Below are positions 37,073 through 49,085 of a stretch of 64,000 nucleotides of DNA, in pieces. This DNA is from Guillardia theta CCMP2712 (Eukaryota > Protista > Cryptophyta). The notes under the pieces were generated by a model, which was not told the DNA's origin, did no database searches, and was given only the letters and a program-made list of their open reading frames with translations. How positions within the stretch are numbered: position 1 is the first letter of the stretch; every line of letters begins with the position of its first letter. The stretch lies in the NCBI RefSeq assembly GCF_000315625.1, contig NW_005434631.1, positions 1-64,000 on the forward strand, in the 5' to 3' direction. Position numbers and translations under genes: made by a program.

Positions 37073-37444
37073 GTTTTTCCATGTGCACATCATCTGAAAG
37101 GTCAAAGGCTGCCTCTACTTTCTAATCAGGTCAAAACTAGCCGCGCACTACACACTCAATCCAAAGATGCGAGCTTGCGAATGCCACCTCACAAGGGGAG
37201 AGAGGTCACCTCAACAAGCTGTTGTTCCTGTTGTCCCATCATCAGCGTGTTGACATGCTTCTAAGCTTCTTTTCCACGTCGTTTCTCCTCCTGCTGCTCT
37301 GTCCCCTGCATTGACTGTTCTGCACGACTACCCCGTCCCGCCTTTCGCCTCCTACCCACCACCCACATTGCCCTCACCACCCACACTGCCTTGACTACCC
37401 CTACTACCCCCTCTCTACAGCCTGTCAACCCCCTCTAGCCCCTC

Positions 37445-37507
37445 TCTACCCACACTACCCAAACCACCTACACTACCCACACTACCCACACTACCCACAC
37501 TACCCCT
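37445..37507. repeat. Imperfect (CACACTACC)n minisatellite in C-rich spacer
   Basis: actacccacactacccacactacccacactaccc. Confidence 0.7.
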
Positions 37508-37800
37508 ATCCAACTCATACCCTACCACAGTGTCAGTTTGACTGGATAAAGTACCTACCCCCACCCCTATATTCCCATGTCACCACCCCGCACTTCTCAC
37601 ACATCGCTCCGTACATTTTGGGGTTGACGTCGCCATATATTAATTATAGAATGTAAACTAATTGTACCAGAATATATACTTGAGTTTGTACCTGAGTCAC
37701 CCTTAATAAGACTTCTAGTACCAGATTGAATACATATATGGTACCGAATCCACTGAGTCTTGAGAGGACCGAGTTTGACTTTTTTACTAGAACTGTTCTT

Positions 37801-37863
37801 TATTTGCAGTCCGTTTACTCAAAGTTAAGTTAAAAATCAGTACGAGGACAATGAGGAGAGTCG
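37801..37863 (-). repeat. Dispersed short intergenic repeat, inverted copy
   Basis: 37817-37852 is the exact reverse complement (36/36) of 18500-18535. Confidence 0.9.
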
Positions 37864-40001
37864 AGGAGCCTCGGCGAACAAGGAAACGGCAGCGCTGGGC
37901 CCGGGCCCTCAGCGCCAAGGGGGGGCATCCAGCCGGGGGGTCAGCGGGGCTAGCCAACAGTGCTACGATCGGACTCCAGTTGATCCGACCAACGGGAATC
38001 CGAGCGGCTGAAGGTCTCAGTTTACCGTGACTCTCACACTGCCGTAAACCCGCGCGATAAGTTCATCAGATCACATTATCGGCTATATATTCCCGGCGGA
38101 CAGCTTGTCGGTCATCATGGCCCGTGACGTCTAAGAAAGAGTGCTGCATCAGCGAACTTTGAAATTTCACTGTCAATCAACTATTTTCATGTTTCGAATC
38201 TGTGAAAGAGGTTTCATTACTCCTCAGGCTCCCCTGAGTCCTCGGCTCTGAGGTAACCTGCAGCTCTTCTTAGCATGCATCCTAATTTCCACGAAAAGTC
38301 TTCACGACCTGTCTGCTCGTCGAACCGTTCTCTGTAGCAGTCGTCGTGGTCTTCGTCGTAGCAGTCTTGCGCCTGACAGCAGGACGAAAGTTCAGTTGAG
38401 AAAGGAAGGATGCAATGCAGGGCAACCGGTCGCATGTTCACGTCGTAAGCTCTGTCGCCGAACTAGCGTATTGGATCACTACTTACCAAATACGTCTCAT
38501 CGTTCAAACCTCATCGTACTGAGTCCTCACATAGCCGGAATACCATTGTGGTTCGCCATTCCAGGCGTCTGAGGGTTCGTACCCCAGAGGCCTCACCCGA
38601 TCACTGAACTTCTTGTCCTTCAACCAGGGCCTGTTCATGATGTCATTCACTCCTCCACATCAAGACCTTGGCACCATTCGTAAGGTCGGTGGGGTGGTTC
38701 AATAGCTGAGAAGTAATCCTCCCCTACGAGAAGAACTGAGACACCAGGGGCTTCCGACTTCAATGCCTCACCTGTATCAGGAATGCGCTCTACCAGTGCT
38801 GAACTGCTATGGTGCTCGATGACAAGAACTGCGAGGATGTGAGCAAATTGAGCAGCGTGTCCAAAAAAGTTCGGAACCGGCGAAGAGGGACAAAGATGCT
38901 AATGCAAGGACACCAGCTCCTCTGTACATTTCACCTCTGCTGATAGTTTCAAAAACGAGAGTCAGCCATGTGGTTACTTTGCAGTATAAAATTCGGGTAA
39001 AGATCCTCCGGCTAACATAACGTCCGACTGATACAATCAGTGCAATATTGCCAGCACGTAGATTCACAGACAACGATGGTCGACATAGACAAACTATGTG
39101 GTAGGAAACAATCCAGGGTTCAACGTCTTGGTGCAGACAGGCGATGGAGCAAGGGAAGGAGAAGGCAGTCTTCCCTTCAACGTCGATCCAATCAAAACCA
39201 ACCCCTTTTCAACATCCTAATCTTAATCCTCCTCGTTGTCCTCCTGTTTATATTCCTCCACCCTCCTGCTCCTCCTGCTCCTCCTGCTCCTCCTGCTCCT
39301 GCTCCTCCTCCTCCACTGCCACCGCCGCTGTCACACATCCTTTTGCATCACTGACCTCATTGCGCCGCAGCCATGCCAAGAGCCAGGGCCGTTACATTTC
39401 CCTCCATCTGTAACTGTTTGTTTTTTCCTTTACGACACAGTCCACCTCAGCCACATACCCACTTGATCACCAGTACCCCCTTCGTATTGGGATATGGGAC
39501 GGGTATCGAAATGTATGTGTTTCCTTGTCCCTTCTCCCTCCCCATTCCTACTCCCTCCCTCCCTCCCTAACTCAGTCACTCCCTCCTTAACTCATCAGTC
39601 TCTCACTCGCTCACTCGCTCACTCTATCCCTTTCTTCCTCCATCTCTCCATGCCTTGCTTCGTCCCTCGCTTGCTCCTTCGATTTTCTTTCATCAGGCTA
39701 CTTCAACACGAATAAGCTAAAATTCCATTACTGAAGGTTTCACCTGCCACTTTCCAGCGCATCACCAGTAGCAAAACAAAATTATGTCCATCATTGTATG
39801 AATGTTGGTTTACCTGATTCTGATAGTTTCCCCTACCTTCTCTCCACCTCATTGAGGGTTCGACTCTAGTTTGATGTTGTTTTGCAGGTCACCCTGAAAC
39901 CTCGTCCGATTCTTGCTTCCCTTTCCCCTCGATCCTCCCTCTCTCCTTCCTTCTTGTGAAAAGAAGCCTGAACTCAACTCTCCCTGAGCCGCAGCTGCGC
40001 C

Positions 40002-42664
40002 ATGGTTGCTCTTCGATTCCGCCATGCCGGAGAACTCATGGAGGTGGAGGTGGATTTGAACGACGGACCAATAGTTCTTCGTGCTCAAGCCTCTTCCATC
40101 ACTGACGTCCCCATGGACTCCACCCGCCTGCTCCTCGTCCGCCCAGGACAAGCTCCTCTCGCCATCTTGGACACTCACGATCTCTCAAAGCTGGGGATCA
40201 AGGCGGGCGATGAGATCCGAATCGAAGAAGGGGACACCGCAGCAGTGGGAGTGAGGGAGGAGGTTCAGTCTACACCCTCAGCATCGGCCAGGCCTCGGCA
40301 GTCTGTCTGGGCGTCCGGCCTGTTCGAAGGCAGCATGTTGGTGAGATCTGATGGATCGACGACCCAGCCTGAGGCTCTAGAAGATTCTATGGTGGTTGGC
40401 ATCTACTTTTCTGCCCATTGGTGCCCCCCCTGCAGGATGTTTACACCCGCTCTTGCTGAGGCTTACAGGAGCATCAGGTCTGCTAACAAGAAGTTCGAGA
40501 TTGTCTTCGTCTCGTCGGACCACAACGAAGCAGGTTTCGATGAGTACCTCCGCTCGATGCCTTGGCTGGCGCTGCCGTTTGCAGAGAGATCGATCAAGAA
40601 CAAGCTGAGCGGCATGTTCGGAGTGTCAGGGATCCCTTGCCTCGTGCTGCTTGACGGGGCTCGTGGGAGTTTGATCACGAGAGATGGCCGTCAGGTCATC
40701 ATGCAGGATAGATTCGGCACGAACTTCCCGTGGAGCACAGGAGGGCATTCCAGCTCGCAACCGCCACCGCAGCCGCAGGGTGCCGGAGCTGCGCAGAAGA
40801 TCACTGTCACGGACTTGTCCAAGATTCTTCAGAATGTCACGACCAAGGGAAGCAAGTCGAGTGCTGAGATCGAGAGGGAGAAGGGGATGCAGGAGATGGA
40901 AGCAAGGATCGCGAGTGGCTCTCGGCACGTGCTGATCTACGAGGACAAGGCCATCCAGGCGCAGGCCCTCAAGGAGATCCCAGTGGACGAGATCCGTCGG
41001 CTGGCCGTTGAGGAGCCGATGAACCTTGGCCCTAACGACTCTGTGGTGAGGCACCTGCTGCGGTGGTTCAAACATCGATGCTTCAAGTGGGTCAACAACG
41101 CTCCCTGTGATCACTGTGGCTCCTCCAGTACCAAGAACGCTGGCGCCGATCGGCCCAACGTGTCAGAGCAGGCCCATGGCGCTGGGGTCGTCGAGCTGTA
41201 CCACTGCAACGACTGCAACAAGACCACTCGCTTCCCGCGCTACAACCATCCTGGCAAGCTGATGGAAACCAAGAGAGGAAGATGTGGAGAGTGGGCCAAC
41301 GCCTTCACCCTGTGCTGCATCGCCATGGGGTTTGAGGCCAGGCACGTGGTGGACTGGACGGATCATGTCTGGACGGAAGTCTTCTCTGAGGATCAGCAGC
41401 GATGGATCCACTGTGATCCCTGCGAGGACAGCTGGGACAGCCCGCTGCTCTACTCCGAGGGCTGGGGGAAGAAGCTGTCGTACGTGATAGCGTTCTCCAA
41501 GGACGAGGTGGTGGATGTGACGTGCAGGTACACGAGGCAGTGGGATGAGTGCAGGACGAGGCGGAGCAAGTGTCCTGAGTTGTGGTTGGCCGAGTACATC
41601 CAGACGATCAAGCTGTCGAAGCTGTCTCAGATGCCTCCCCAGCGGCAGAACGTCCTTCGTCAGCGATGGGAAAAGGAGGTGAAGGAGCTGGAGCCTAGAA
41701 ACTACGTGAAACCATCGGAACCAACTGAGCCAGCGCTGCCAGGGAGGACGACGGGAAGCTTGGAATGGCGAGCAGCTCGTGGAGAGCTGGGGAACGGAGA
41801 GCCAGTCAGTGACGTGGCTCATGCTGCAGGAGAGGAGGTGGGAGGAGTCAGGAGGAGTGAGACGCACGGTGGACAGCACGCGGACTCGAAGCCCTTTGAT
41901 GACTCCTCCTTCTTGGGAGCGAAGATTAACGAGGTCAAACTGCGCGGCATCTCAGTGAAAGCCGAGCAGGGCCCCACGGGAGTCGTGTGCGGCATCCGAG
42001 CCCACTACCTGCACTGCAAGGACGACACCTGCTCCCTCCTGGACGCGCCCGAGCACTTCGGGTCTTCAGGCTCGTCCCAGGCGGAGGTGAAGCGGATCAG
42101 TCTCGATGAAGACGAGTACATCTCAGAGGTGAAGGGCCGAGCTGGTGCCCTGCTGGATGCCATCGAGTTCAGCATTTCGAAAAGAGGGACCAAGAGTGTT
42201 CGGGTTGAGCGATTCGGGGGAGGAGGAGGGAGCGAGTTCAGGATGGAAGCGCCGGAGAGCCACGAGATCATTGGGTTCCATGGCGCTGTCAATGGGCATC
42301 TGCACAGCATCGGAGTGATCTTCCGCCGGTCTCACGCTAAGGAGGAGAAGAGAGAGGAGGGGAAGAGAGAGGAGGTGAGTTGGAGCTTGAGGCGCTTGGT
42401 TAATACCCTGACTTTTTGGTGCCACAGCAGGGCTCAGGAGCCAAGGGAGGAGCCATGAGCGAGGAGGAGGAGGCGAAGTTGAGACTGCAGCAGCTGATCC
42501 GCGAGAATTTCTTCGCCATCCAACAGGAGGTAACGAGAGAGAGGGAGGAGGTCGAAGAGCTCATGGGGTAACAGGGAAAGATCACGAACCCCAACGAGAT
42601 CGCGGCGATCGCAATAGAGAGGGCGAGGAAGAAGCTGAGTGAGATGAAGACATCGCAAGCATGA
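40002..42664 (+). CDS. PNG1: Peptide:N-glycanase (PNGase/NGLY1) with N-terminal ubiquitin-like and nucleoredoxin-type thioredoxin domains and a C-terminal jacalin-like lectin
   Basis: YFSAHWCPPCRMFTP; LLRWFKHRCFKWVN, Zn-binding CDHC/CNDC, RFPRYN, RGRCGEWANAFT, DWTDHVWTEV, HCDPCE; jacalin-like DEYISEVKGRAGALLDAIEF..FGGGGG..IIGFHG..LHSIGV. Two short 3' introns inferred. Confidence 0.93.
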
Positions 42665-43198
42665 CGTGGCGGAGCAGCGCAGTAGAAGGGAGGCAACAGT
42701 CAGTGTTGTCATGAACAAGGTGGTTGAGAGACGAGCGATCATAGATAAACTTGACCTTTTCGAAGTAAAACTCGTCCTACCTTGCCAGCGCAGCCTATCC
42801 CTCAGATGGACGAGGATGAGGAGAAGAGGAAGGTGCTGTAGGAACAAGTCAAAGTGTCAAGGACGAGCGGAAGGTGTTCATCAGATGTTCGTTTACAGTG
42901 TCGAACGTGCTTGTGTAACAGTGTTTCAAGATGCCGGTTGAACTGTGAAAATATTTGTTCCAGTGTAAAGGAGGACAAAGGAGGACTGATCGTTTTGGTC
43001 AGTTGTCACTCCTGGAAATGTACATCATGGTGACAGTGTTTCAAACATTGGTTAGAGTGTGGAAACGTTTGCAGTGCAGAAAAGACTGAAAGATTAACAT
43101 GCATTGACACCATCAGTTCCAAGACAGCAGAATCGCAAGAATCTCGTTCTTTATTTCCAACTGAAAACATTTACCCTATACTTTACAAGATAAATAAC

Positions 43199-44638
43199 TT
43201 AATAGCGGTACTGCTCAGGCTTGTAAGGGCCGCCAACAGGAACCCCAATATAGTCAGCCTGCTCCTTGGAGAGGGTGGTAAGCTTGGCTCCGCAGTGTCC
43301 CAAGTGAAGGCGGGCGACCTTCTCGTCGAGAACCTTAGGGAGGATGTACACCTTCTTCTCAAACTTGCCGGTCTTCTGGGCTCCGCAGTTAGCCCAGATT
43401 TCGAGCTGAGCCATGGCCTGGTTGGTGAAGGAGCAGGACATCACGAACGAGGGATGGCCAGTGGCGCATCCAAGGTTGCAGAGACGACCCTCAGCAAGAA
43501 GGATGACACCCTTGCCATCGCTCTTGACGAAGCGGTCGACCTGGGGCTTGATGTTCTGGCGGGTGACGCCGGCGCCCTTGAGGAGGCCAGCCATGTCGAT
43601 CTCGTTGTCAAAGTGACCAATGTTGCCGACGATGGCGTTGTTCTTCATGCGCTGCATGTGCTCGAACATGATGATGCCCTTGTTGCCGGTGGTGGTGATG
43701 AAGATGTCGGCGTACTCAACGACGTTGTCGAGGGTGTTGACCTCGTATCCCTCCATGCAGGCCTGGAGAGCGCAGATCGGGTCGATCTCGGTCACGATGG
43801 TGCGGGCACCGGCAGCCTTCATGGCCATGGCGCATCCCTTGCCAACGTCTCCGAAGCCGCAGATGACAGCAACCTTGCCGGCGATCATGACATCGGTAGC
43901 GCGCATGATACTGTCGGGGAGGGAGTGCCTGCATCCGTACAAGTTGTCGAACTTGGACTTGGTGCAAGAGTCGTTGACGTTGATGGCGGGGAAGAGGAGG
44001 GTTCCGGACTTCTCCATCTCGTAGAGGCGGTGAACACCGGTGGTGGTCTCCTCGGAGACTCCGACGCACTGCTCAGCGACCTTGTGCCACTTCTTGGGGT
44101 CTTGCTTGATGGTGTCACGGATGATAGAGAGAACGCACTTGAACTCCTCGTTGTCGGTGGAGGCAGGGTCGGGGATGGCACCGGTGGCGGCGAACTCCTT
44201 CTCCCTCTTGACACCCTCGTGGATGAGGAGGGTAGCATCTCCTCCGTCATCGACGATCATCTGGGGACCAGAGCCATCGGGCCAGGTGAGGGCCTGGAGG
44301 GTGCACCACCAGTACTCCTCGAGGGTCTCTCCCTTCCAGGCGAACACCTTGGAGGTCTTCTTGGCGACGACGGCGGCAGCAGCGTGATCCTGGGTGGAGA
44401 AGATGTTGCAAGAGCACCACCTGATGTCGGCTCCGAGCTCATACAGAGTCTCGATTAGGACAGCGGTCTGAATGGTCATGTGGAGGGACCCCATGATGCG
44501 AACGCCCTTGAGAGGCTTCTTCGGTCCGAACTCCTCGCGGGTGTTCATCAGACCAGGCATCTCGACCTCGGCGATGTCGAGCTCCTTGCGGCCAAACTCC
44601 GCAAGGGACATGTCCTTAACCTTGGAATCCTCTGCCAT
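43199..44638 (-). CDS. SAHH: S-adenosyl-L-homocysteine hydrolase
   Basis: [85 protein letters not shown]; strong C/G-ending codon bias. Confidence 0.99.
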   Translation of the reverse strand: MAEDSKVKDMSLAEFGRKELDIAEVEMPGLMNTREEFGPKKPLKGVRIMGSLHMTIQTAVLIETLYELGADIRWCSCNIFSTQDHAAAAVVAKKTSKVFAWKGETLEEYWWCTLQALTWPDGSGPQMIVDDGGDATLLIHEGVKREKEFAATGAIPDPASTDNEEFKCVLSIIRDTIKQDPKKWHKVAEQCVGVSEETTTGVHRLYEMEKSGTLLFPAINVNDSCTKSKFDNLYGCRHSLPDSIMRATDVMIAGKVAVICGFGDVGKGCAMAMKAAGARTIVTEIDPICALQACMEGYEVNTLDNVVEYADIFITTTGNKGIIMFEHMQRMKNNAIVGNIGHFDNEIDMAGLLKGAGVTRQNIKPQVDRFVKSDGKGVILLAEGRLCNLGCATGHPSFVMSCSFTNQAMAQLEIWANCGAQKTGKFEKKVYILPKVLDEKVARLHLGHCGAKLTTLSKEQADYIGVPVGGPYKPEQYRY

Positions 44639-45934
44639 CTGTGGGAAACTGTCAGCGCAAGCTCAGGGTAATGCAGGGTCGGATCGTGAGCAGGGAACTC
44701 CACCATAGATCAAGAGGAAGGCAACAACAGAAGAGCCATTGCGAGGAGGAGGAGGAGGAGGGACATCGAAGCAGGGGAGAGGGAGTGCATAGCAGGTTGT
44801 GCTCTGTGTGGGCCGCATGGCGTCACCTTGTTGTTTTGTCTCACGTCATGTCGGGCATCCACTATATAGTCCCACCCCTACATTCAGGGGTGGGTTCAAA
44901 TCAATTTTCCACATATTACCAAAGTTTACAAATATTGATGATAAAAGCGAATATAATTTATCTGTATTTGAAATTATAGAATTAAAGTTTTCAAATTTGT
45001 TCAACTGATACATGAAAAGGAATCTACAGGAAAGTTTTCTAATTGAAAAGAGAGGGGTAAGGGTCCTCACTCCACGTGCCTCTCTCATATTTTTGGACGC
45101 TACTCGGTGTAAACCCCAAAAAAAACAGACCACCCTCGATCTTGTCCACCCCCCTTTTCCCCAACACGGACCCCTGACATTTTTAGTGACCCCCACAAAA
45201 ATACACCCTACCCTCAAGAACATACGCCTCTACCTGAACACCCGTACTTTTACCATCAAATACCCCATCTTTTATATGGGTAGAAAGTCATCCACTAACG
45301 AGTGCACCCCCATATTCACCTACCCTTTACCCCACAATACTCTCAAATGTCCCCAAACCCTCCTGCTTCAGAACTACCACTTCTACCCCTCACTTTCCCC
45401 TAAATATACCCACCCTTTCTATGGAATCCATAGAGGACTACCCTACCATCCATATTACTGCCCAGTACCCCTGGTATCGTATGGCTTGCCAGCAGCCTCT
45501 ACACCGCTTGCAAATGGATCAGACCTACCACCACCCCCTTAATGACTGTGTAAAATAGGGGTACTTGCAGATGAACGCAGGGTCATCTGTACGGTACCTT
45601 TGAAGTAGGAATCCTTCGTTTATCAAGCTGACAGGGGGGTGGGGTACAGAAGTGAAGGGATTACTATAGGGTAGGGTAGGGAGGACTTACAAGACGAGGG
45701 TGATTTGTGGGTTCAAGTAGGGGTAATGCTGAAGATTGCTGACCATCGATGGAGAGGGTGGGGTTGGTCTAAGGGGCAAGTGGTCATAAAGGAATCTCCG
45801 TTACACATACGGATGAAACGGTCAATGTTGTCAGTGACTTCCGGGTGTGCGGCCCGGCCGGCTCTGGGACTCCGAGAAGACCCTTCAGCCGGCGGCCGGC
45901 CCAGCGGCCAGTCGGCCGGCCCGGTGACGTGGGG

Positions 45935-46036
45935 ATGAGGGTGCGCTTTGGATCTGAGGTGATGCAGGTTGTCAGGCAGCTGCAGCGCGCGATGGTGGTG
46001 AGGCAGCAGCGAGTTATGCTGCCATCGCGCACTTTG

Positions 46037-46068
<32 letters not shown>

Positions 46069-47011
46069 GTCATCGTTGTCATCGTTGTCATCGTTGTCAT
46101 CGTCATCGTCATCAACGTCATCATCACTACAGTCCTCGCTCTCTCATTCACTTTCTTCCCGTTTCACCCAACGTTGGAGGAATGGGCCCTCTGCAAACGT
46201 CCTCCAACTCAGCGCTTCTTCCTTTGATGCGAGGATAGCCACGAGGTGCTTCTCCACCACCCCTGCGAAGATGGCAGAGGGGGACAAGAAGGGGTTCTTT
46301 CAAAGAGCATTGGATGAGATGAAACAGGAGACTGACAGAAGTCTGGGAAAGTTATCTAGAAACATGAATCAGTCTTTCTTGTTCTCAGACACAGGCATGC
46401 CCCCTGAGCTCCCGTGGATAGACTGCAGTGATGAGAAGTTGCTGGACAAATTCTGGTCAGTCAGCGATGGTGACCTTGGAGGTAGCTCGACATGCACGCT
46501 CGAGAGATCAGAAGAAGGACACATACGATTCTATGGAAATACGCAGCTCACGATAATCCATCGAGAGGAAGAGCGCAAGCCAGGCTTCTGGACCAGCTTC
46601 GTCAAACCTCCGGGCCCGAAACTTTCCAAGTCGGGGTTTGCGGGGTTTTCAAGCAAGCCGTTCGAGCTTGTAGATGACATCGACAACTATAACGTGATCC
46701 TTCTCAGGCTAAAGGCAGACGGGCGGATGTATTACTTCAACATCCAGACTGAGTCCCTTCCCGGCGACTCAGTGTTCCGAGCCGAAATTCAGACGAAGCC
46801 GGGAGTATGGCAGACAGTCCGACTGCTCCCTCGACACTTCCGGCTCGTGTCTCACGGCGTCCCCTGCTTGTCGACACCGAGGATGAACTGGCGCTGTGTG
46901 AGGACAGTCGGCATGGCGATCAATGACGGGAAGGAAGGGCCATTTGACCTGACGTTGGAGAGCTGCAAGCTCAACTTTGACGAACGTGTGGAGCTGGTTG
47001 ACGATACATGA
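45935..47011 (+). CDS. NDUFAF1: Complex I assembly factor CIA30/NDUFAF1-like with mitochondrial transit peptide
   Basis: WSVSDGDLGGSS, SGFAGFSS, LRLKADGRMYYFNIQT, WQTVRL..HF, VGMAINDGKEGPFDLTL; R/S-rich N-terminus. Confidence 0.85.
46036..46126 (+). repeat. (TCA/TCG)n coding repeat giving poly-Ser in the transit peptide
   Basis: tcatcatcatca.. in frame. Confidence 0.9.
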
Positions 47012-47361
47012 GCTCTTTGCAGTTACTTCGCTGCCCTGCTCTTAGGCAGAGATGGAAGAATCTCATGCACAAATTTATAAATCTTGTTGCATCCTCTTCG
47101 TCTGAGAGCACTTCCTTGAATCGCCCCGATCGAGTCAAGGACTGCAAGAGTATACCTCTCCTCCATGGCCTCGTGAGTTTGGCGTCGCTTGCAGCAGACG
47201 TACAGAACTCAGTGGACGTTGCGCGCGATAAATGCTCCGACGGTTGCGCGCGTGGTGTCCTCAGACCTGCCAGGAGGTCAACGAGCTATCAGCGACAGGG
47301 AGTAGAGCAACGTCGTCGTGCTGGCGGCCTGACGGGGAGTTGTGCCCTCCTGCTGAGCTTG

Positions 47362-48438
47362 TCACTCAACACACAAGCATGCAACAGGACTCGCCGTCAT
47401 CTCGTCCCTCTCATCGTCCCGCCTCCTTAAGTTGTACCGGAACAGCACCATGTCGAGCTGGTCCAGGAGCACCTGCGCTGAGCGTGAGGAAAGCAAGGAG
47501 GAGTTGACGGGTGTCCGAGCTACTTGAATGCGGTCAGGATGAGGGATTGGTTGATGCTCCTCTCCTGGCTGCTCCGAGGTGGTGCTCCCAGCGTGATACT
47601 GATGGAGATTGGCTTCCAGGAACGAGGCAGAATCTGTAGGTCGCAGCAAGCTTTCGTCGTATTCCCGCAGCTGACCTCTCTTGTTCTCCCTCACTTGGGC
47701 TGAATGAGCATGGCGCACGAGAATGAAGATGGTCGCAAAAATGGTTATGAACGCAATGAAGATGTAAACCGGTAACACATTCGAGTTCGCGAGGTCCCCG
47801 ACTTCAGCGCGGCAGATCGGAGGTCTCATGTTGACTTCCACTCTCATGCTGCAAGTGAAACCCCACGGACACTTCGCTGCAACCTCACCCGAACATGCAG
47901 TTGCGTTGCCATTTGAGGGAGAAATCTCTACCAGCTCAATGCTGGCAGCGTGAACCTGGACCGGTCGCTCCACCACCCAAGAACAGAACTTGGTGTAGAC
48001 GCTTTCAGGCAGAGTGAAGGTTACCCACATGGTGAGAGGATCCCAGTTCCCATCCTCAGAGATGACCTTCCCAACTTCCGAGGCGACGGGCAGGTAGCTC
48101 GAGTTCTCCCCGCACCGTGCTTGCTCGCTCAAGCAGAAGCTGGCATCGTCATTGCAGATCTTGTCAACTGACACCCTGGAGGCATTGACGGAGAGATATC
48201 GGCCAAGAGTTTCTCTGAAAGTGTCATACGGGATCGTCCTCCCATGGCGGATGCACCAACTCGAGAATGGCCTACGTAGAAGAGCGACGATGGTAGGAGA
48301 CCTTCCTGTTGTCGATCCCTCCGAAGATCCGCCTCTGCGATAAGACAGGAGCAGAGTGTTTGCAGCATTGCGCTCCACCAACATCGCAATCAGGGCAAGA
48401 ATGTACCAGATCTGGATTCTCCAGGAGAATCGCATCAT
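47362..48438 (-). CDS. Hypothetical type I membrane protein (ends approximate)
   Basis: Signal-like IWYILALIAMLVERNAA, Cys-containing ectodomain, TM VLPVYIFIAFITIFATIFILV. Confidence 0.6.
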   Translation of the reverse strand: MMRFSWRIQIWYILALIAMLVERNAANTLLLSYRRGGSSEGSTTGRSPTIVALLRRPFSSWCIRHGRTIPYDTFRETLGRYLSVNASRVSVDKICNDDASFCLSEQARCGENSSYLPVASEVGKVISEDGNWDPLTMWVTFTLPESVYTKFCSWVVERPVQVHAASIELVEISPSNGNATACSGEVAAKCPWGFTCSMRVEVNMRPPICRAEVGDLANSNVLPVYIFIAFITIFATIFILVRHAHSAQVRENKRGQLREYDESLLRPTDSASFLEANLHQYHAGSTTSEQPGEEHQPIPHPDRIQVARTPVNSSLLSSRSAQVLLDQLDMVLFRYNLRRRDDERDEMTASPVACLCVE

Positions 48439-49085
48439 CCGCGCCAGCTCGTGCCAATGGCGAGGGCCTGAACCTGAGGGAAGTTTGCGGAACAAACTTC
48501 AGCCTCTTGGTCTGGAATATCACAAGGGATACCCAAGGGCGTCTTGTCGTCTTCAGGAGAACAAGCTCTTGTGCAAGATCCGCTCCGTCGCCATCCTCCT
48601 TCTCCCCCCCCTCCTCAGCCCGTCAACGTGGCTTTTGCGTTCCCTTGTCCAGCCATGTCGGCGCAAGGTTTTAGTCAAACTTGACTAAACCCTTTCACTC
48701 AATTGGCATTGAGTACCCCCACCCACCCAAATAACCAACTTCAAGTATCCACCCCACCACATTTACCCCTCACCCACTACCCCTTGGCCCTACTGCCTCC
48801 ACCCCCCACCAAAATCTCTTTCCCCTCCACCATGACATGGCGAAAATGGCGGCCGGAGGAGTAGCGCCCTTGACAAACACTTGCGAGTCTTCATCCTCCT
48901 CGTCCTCATCAGCATCCTCGTTCCTCTCAGTCTCTCTCCCCCCTTGCGGCTGCACTTGACCAGAAGACTGCTGACACGGTTTCTGGGGTTCGACTAGTGC
49001 CTGGCTTGCACTGCCCAGCTCGTTGCTCTCCTTGCCACTTTTCAACCAACATTGAAGCCCTGCTGTCGAACAAACTCTTCCAACC

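Noticed and set aside
43295-44458. 387 aa antisense ORF over SAHH
   Set aside because: Shadow ORF expected from strong codon bias; no recognisable protein.
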